Source of the DNA: Bacteroidales bacterium UBA4293
GTDB lineage: Bacteria; Bacteroidota; Bacteroidia; Bacteroidales; Bacteroidaceae
DNA: 64,000 nt
Assembly: GCA_002395835.1 (NCBI GenBank)
Contig: DGVD01000002.1
Span: 22,678-86,677 of the forward strand
Direction of reading: 5' to 3'
Shown: one piece after another, positions 62,213-64,000 of the stretch
How positions within the stretch are numbered: the stretch's first letter is position 1
Layout: the number at the start of each line of letters is the position of its first letter
The notes under the pieces: model-generated
Databases searched by the model: none
Told to the model about the DNA's origin: nothing
What the model saw: only the letters and a program-made list of their open reading frames with translations
Program-made: the position numbers and the translations under genes

Positions 62213-63865
62213 TTAACTATATAAAAATCTCTTGATACTCTTTTTAGGAGTCTTTTCAAACTCTTCTTTCTGAATTTCAATACCTGACAGTTGCTCATAA
62301 TTTGCTACAAGAGTATTCAATAACTTTCGGTTATTTTCCATTATTTCTTGCAACTTTTCGTCCGTCAGATTTTCTTTATTGACTAAATCTTGATCTGGAT
62401 AGACAAGACCAAAGAACTTTTCACCTCGTTGAACTACTAAACATTCAGCAACATAAGGAAGAGTATTCAATTTATCTTCTATTTCTTCTGGATAAACATT
62501 TTGTCCAGATGCACTAAGCAGCATGTTTTTGCATCTACCTTTTATGGTAAGATTACCTTTAGCATCAATAGTACCCAGGTCTCCTGTATGATACCATCCA
62601 TCACGCATAACTTGGGCTGTAGCTTCGGGATTCTTATAATAACCTAACATCACATTAGGTCCCTTAGCTAAAATTTCTCCTACAAAACGTTCTGGGTCTT
62701 TGCTATCAATCTTCAGTTCCATATTCAAAGCTGCTTTACCACAGCTATATGGCTTGAATCTTGACCAGTCTTCATAGGCTAGGATAGGAGCAGTTTCTGT
62801 AGTTCCATATCCTACGGTATAAGGGAAATGGACATCGTGTAAAAACTTCTCAATCTCTTGATTGAAAGCAGCTCCTCCAATAATAACTTCACGGAAATTA
62901 TTACCAAAAGCATCTTTTATTTGCTGACAAATCTGAGCTTTGATTCTACCACCCAGATATGGTGCTTTCATTAATAATTTTACAGTATTATTGATTTTAG
63001 GGAATACAGCTTTTCTCATCACCTTTTCAATGATCAGAGGAACTGATATTACTATAACTGGTTTTATTTCTTGGAATGCTTTGAAAATGATTTTCGGACT
63101 TGGAATACGTGTTAGGAAGAAAATATGCGCTCCTTCAGTCATTTCATAAACAAACTCGAAAGCCATACCATACATATGTGCCATAGGTAGGATGGAAATC
63201 ACTCTTTCACCACGTATATTAGGAATTGCTTTCCGTGCAAAAATAATATTGGAAACGATAGCACGATAAGGTATCATGACTCCTTTCGGATTTCCAGTGC
63301 TTCCTGAAGTGTAGTTAATCATAGCTAAGGCATCTGGACCATCTTCAGGTACGTAATGCACATGCTCAGGACGGAAATACTTAGGGAACTTGGAACCGAA
63401 CATAAAGTTCAAGTTTTCTCGTGCATTATAAAGTTTTTCTTTTCTGCAAATGAAAAGTTGATAATCTTGAATATTGATTATGCCTTCCAAGTGTGGCATA
63501 GCATCAGGATCTAACAATGGGAAGACTTGATCACCGGCAAAAAGTAATTTTGCATCGGAATGATTGACCAAAGAATGAACGTTTTCCGGTTTAAATTCAT
63601 GAAGGATTGGAACTGCTATTGCTCCATATGTTAAGATTGCGAAGAAGGCTGCACCCCAGTTTGCACAGTTACGGCCAAATAACGCAATTTTATCTCCTTT
63701 TACCACACCACTATTCTCAAAGAGAATATGCAGTTTTTCTATTTTTCTTGCCAAATCTTTATATTGTAGAGTGGCTCCCTCATAATCAGTAAACGCATCT
63801 AAATCCCAATTCTTTTTGATGCTTTCTTCAATGAGGGGTATAAAGCTAGGTAGTTGTTCAGTCAT
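62213..63865 (-). CDS. AMP-dependent long-chain acyl-CoA ligase
   Basis: AMP-binding motif YTSGSTGNPKGV, then GYGTTET and TGDLG. I moved the start to ATG 63865 (MTEQLPSF) because a -7 box at 63889-63896 lies inside the longer track ORF. Confidence 0.9.
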   Translation of the reverse strand: MTEQLPSFIPLIEESIKKNWDLDAFTDYEGATLQYKDLARKIEKLHILFENSGVVKGDKIALFGRNCANWGAAFFAILTYGAIAVPILHEFKPENVHSLVNHSDAKLLFAGDQVFPLLDPDAMPHLEGIINIQDYQLFICRKEKLYNARENLNFMFGSKFPKYFRPEHVHYVPEDGPDALAMINYTSGSTGNPKGVMIPYRAIVSNIIFARKAIPNIRGERVISILPMAHMYGMAFEFVYEMTEGAHIFFLTRIPSPKIIFKAFQEIKPVIVISVPLIIEKVMRKAVFPKINNTVKLLMKAPYLGGRIKAQICQQIKDAFGNNFREVIIGGAAFNQEIEKFLHDVHFPYTVGYGTTETAPILAYEDWSRFKPYSCGKAALNMELKIDSKDPERFVGEILAKGPNVMLGYYKNPEATAQVMRDGWYHTGDLGTIDAKGNLTIKGRCKNMLLSASGQNVYPEEIEDKLNTLPYVAECLVVQRGEKFFGLVYPDQDLVNKENLTDEKLQEIMENNRKLLNTLVANYEQLSGIEIQKEEFEKTPKKSIKRFLYS

Positions 63866-63888
63866 TGCACACTTTTTGAAATTCTGAG

Positions 63889-63896
63889 CAAAAGTA
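63889..63896 (-). promoter_or_regulatory. -7 promoter box (TActTTTG on minus strand)
   Basis: The plus strand reads CAAAAGTA, 24 nt upstream of ATG 63865. Confidence 0.5.
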
Positions 63897-64000
63897 TAAA
63901 AAAAGGAAATATCAAACAAACAAAAAGAACTAAATATTCGTTTTACTTGCTTATTTAGCCTTTAGAATAGTCTCTTTCTCCAAAAATCTTGCTTCCTACT

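Noticed and set aside
63976-64000. Possible third, reverse-oriented copy of the GGAG-AAATTT-CTCC unit at the right edge
   Set aside because: The reverse complement GGAAGCAAGATTTTTGGAGAAAGAG matches about 13 of 17 positions of unit B4. It is a single copy cut by the window edge, which is too weak to call.

Overview
This window looks like an ordinary chromosomal segment from a Bacteroidota genome, probably Bacteroidales and Prevotella/Bacteroides-like. That assignment rests on four things read from the sequence: TAnnTTTG -7 promoter boxes in front of most transcription units, an 8-gene Bat aerotolerance operon, an rpmB-rpmG-DUF4295 operon, and a Rho factor with a long low-complexity N-terminal insertion. 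I support about 60 protein-coding genes. Three are absent from the ORF track: a relA-like gene on the minus strand that runs off the left edge, a 53-codon DUF4295 ORF, and a 21-codon His-rich leader peptide. There is one tRNA-Glu(CUC) and many hand-checked intrinsic terminators. I saw no rRNA, CRISPR array, transposase, integrase or phage gene. Gene content, left to right: relA-like, DUF4301, purT, a 4-subunit 2-oxoacid:ferredoxin oxidoreductase, a YidE/YbjL-type transporter, metY, a LuxR regulator, DUF1349, rlmD, an RluA-family synthase, an M28 peptidase, map, tsaD, a CinA-C domain protein, rpmB-rpmG, ftsY, rimO, two HU-family genes, moxR-DUF58-batABCDE, PAP2, a TPR protein, rlmB, recN, an exonuclease, dnaN, DUF3127, rho, a transglutaminase-like/DUF3805/ABC-F trio, an MscS-family channel, hisGDCB, nadE, reverse rubrerythrin, tRNA-Glu, a partner-switching module, a SulP transporter and an acyl-CoA ligase. 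The most interesting observations are: (1) an orphan RsbU/RsbW/RsbV-type partner-switching module with no nearby sigma factor, whose sensor phosphatase sits 14 nt upstream of a SulP-STAS transporter; (2) two dispersed arrays of a roughly 22-bp tandem unit with a palindromic GGAGA-AAATTT-TCTCC core; (3) a His-codon leader peptide with a hand-foldable attenuator before hisG; (4) a membrane-anchored HU-LysM fusion; (5) a 540-bp AT-rich gap that has its own promoter box and terminator but no ORF; (6) an uncharacterised transglutaminase-like/DUF3805/ABC-F operon. Everything here comes from reading the sequence and from recalled family knowledge. No database search or folding program was run.
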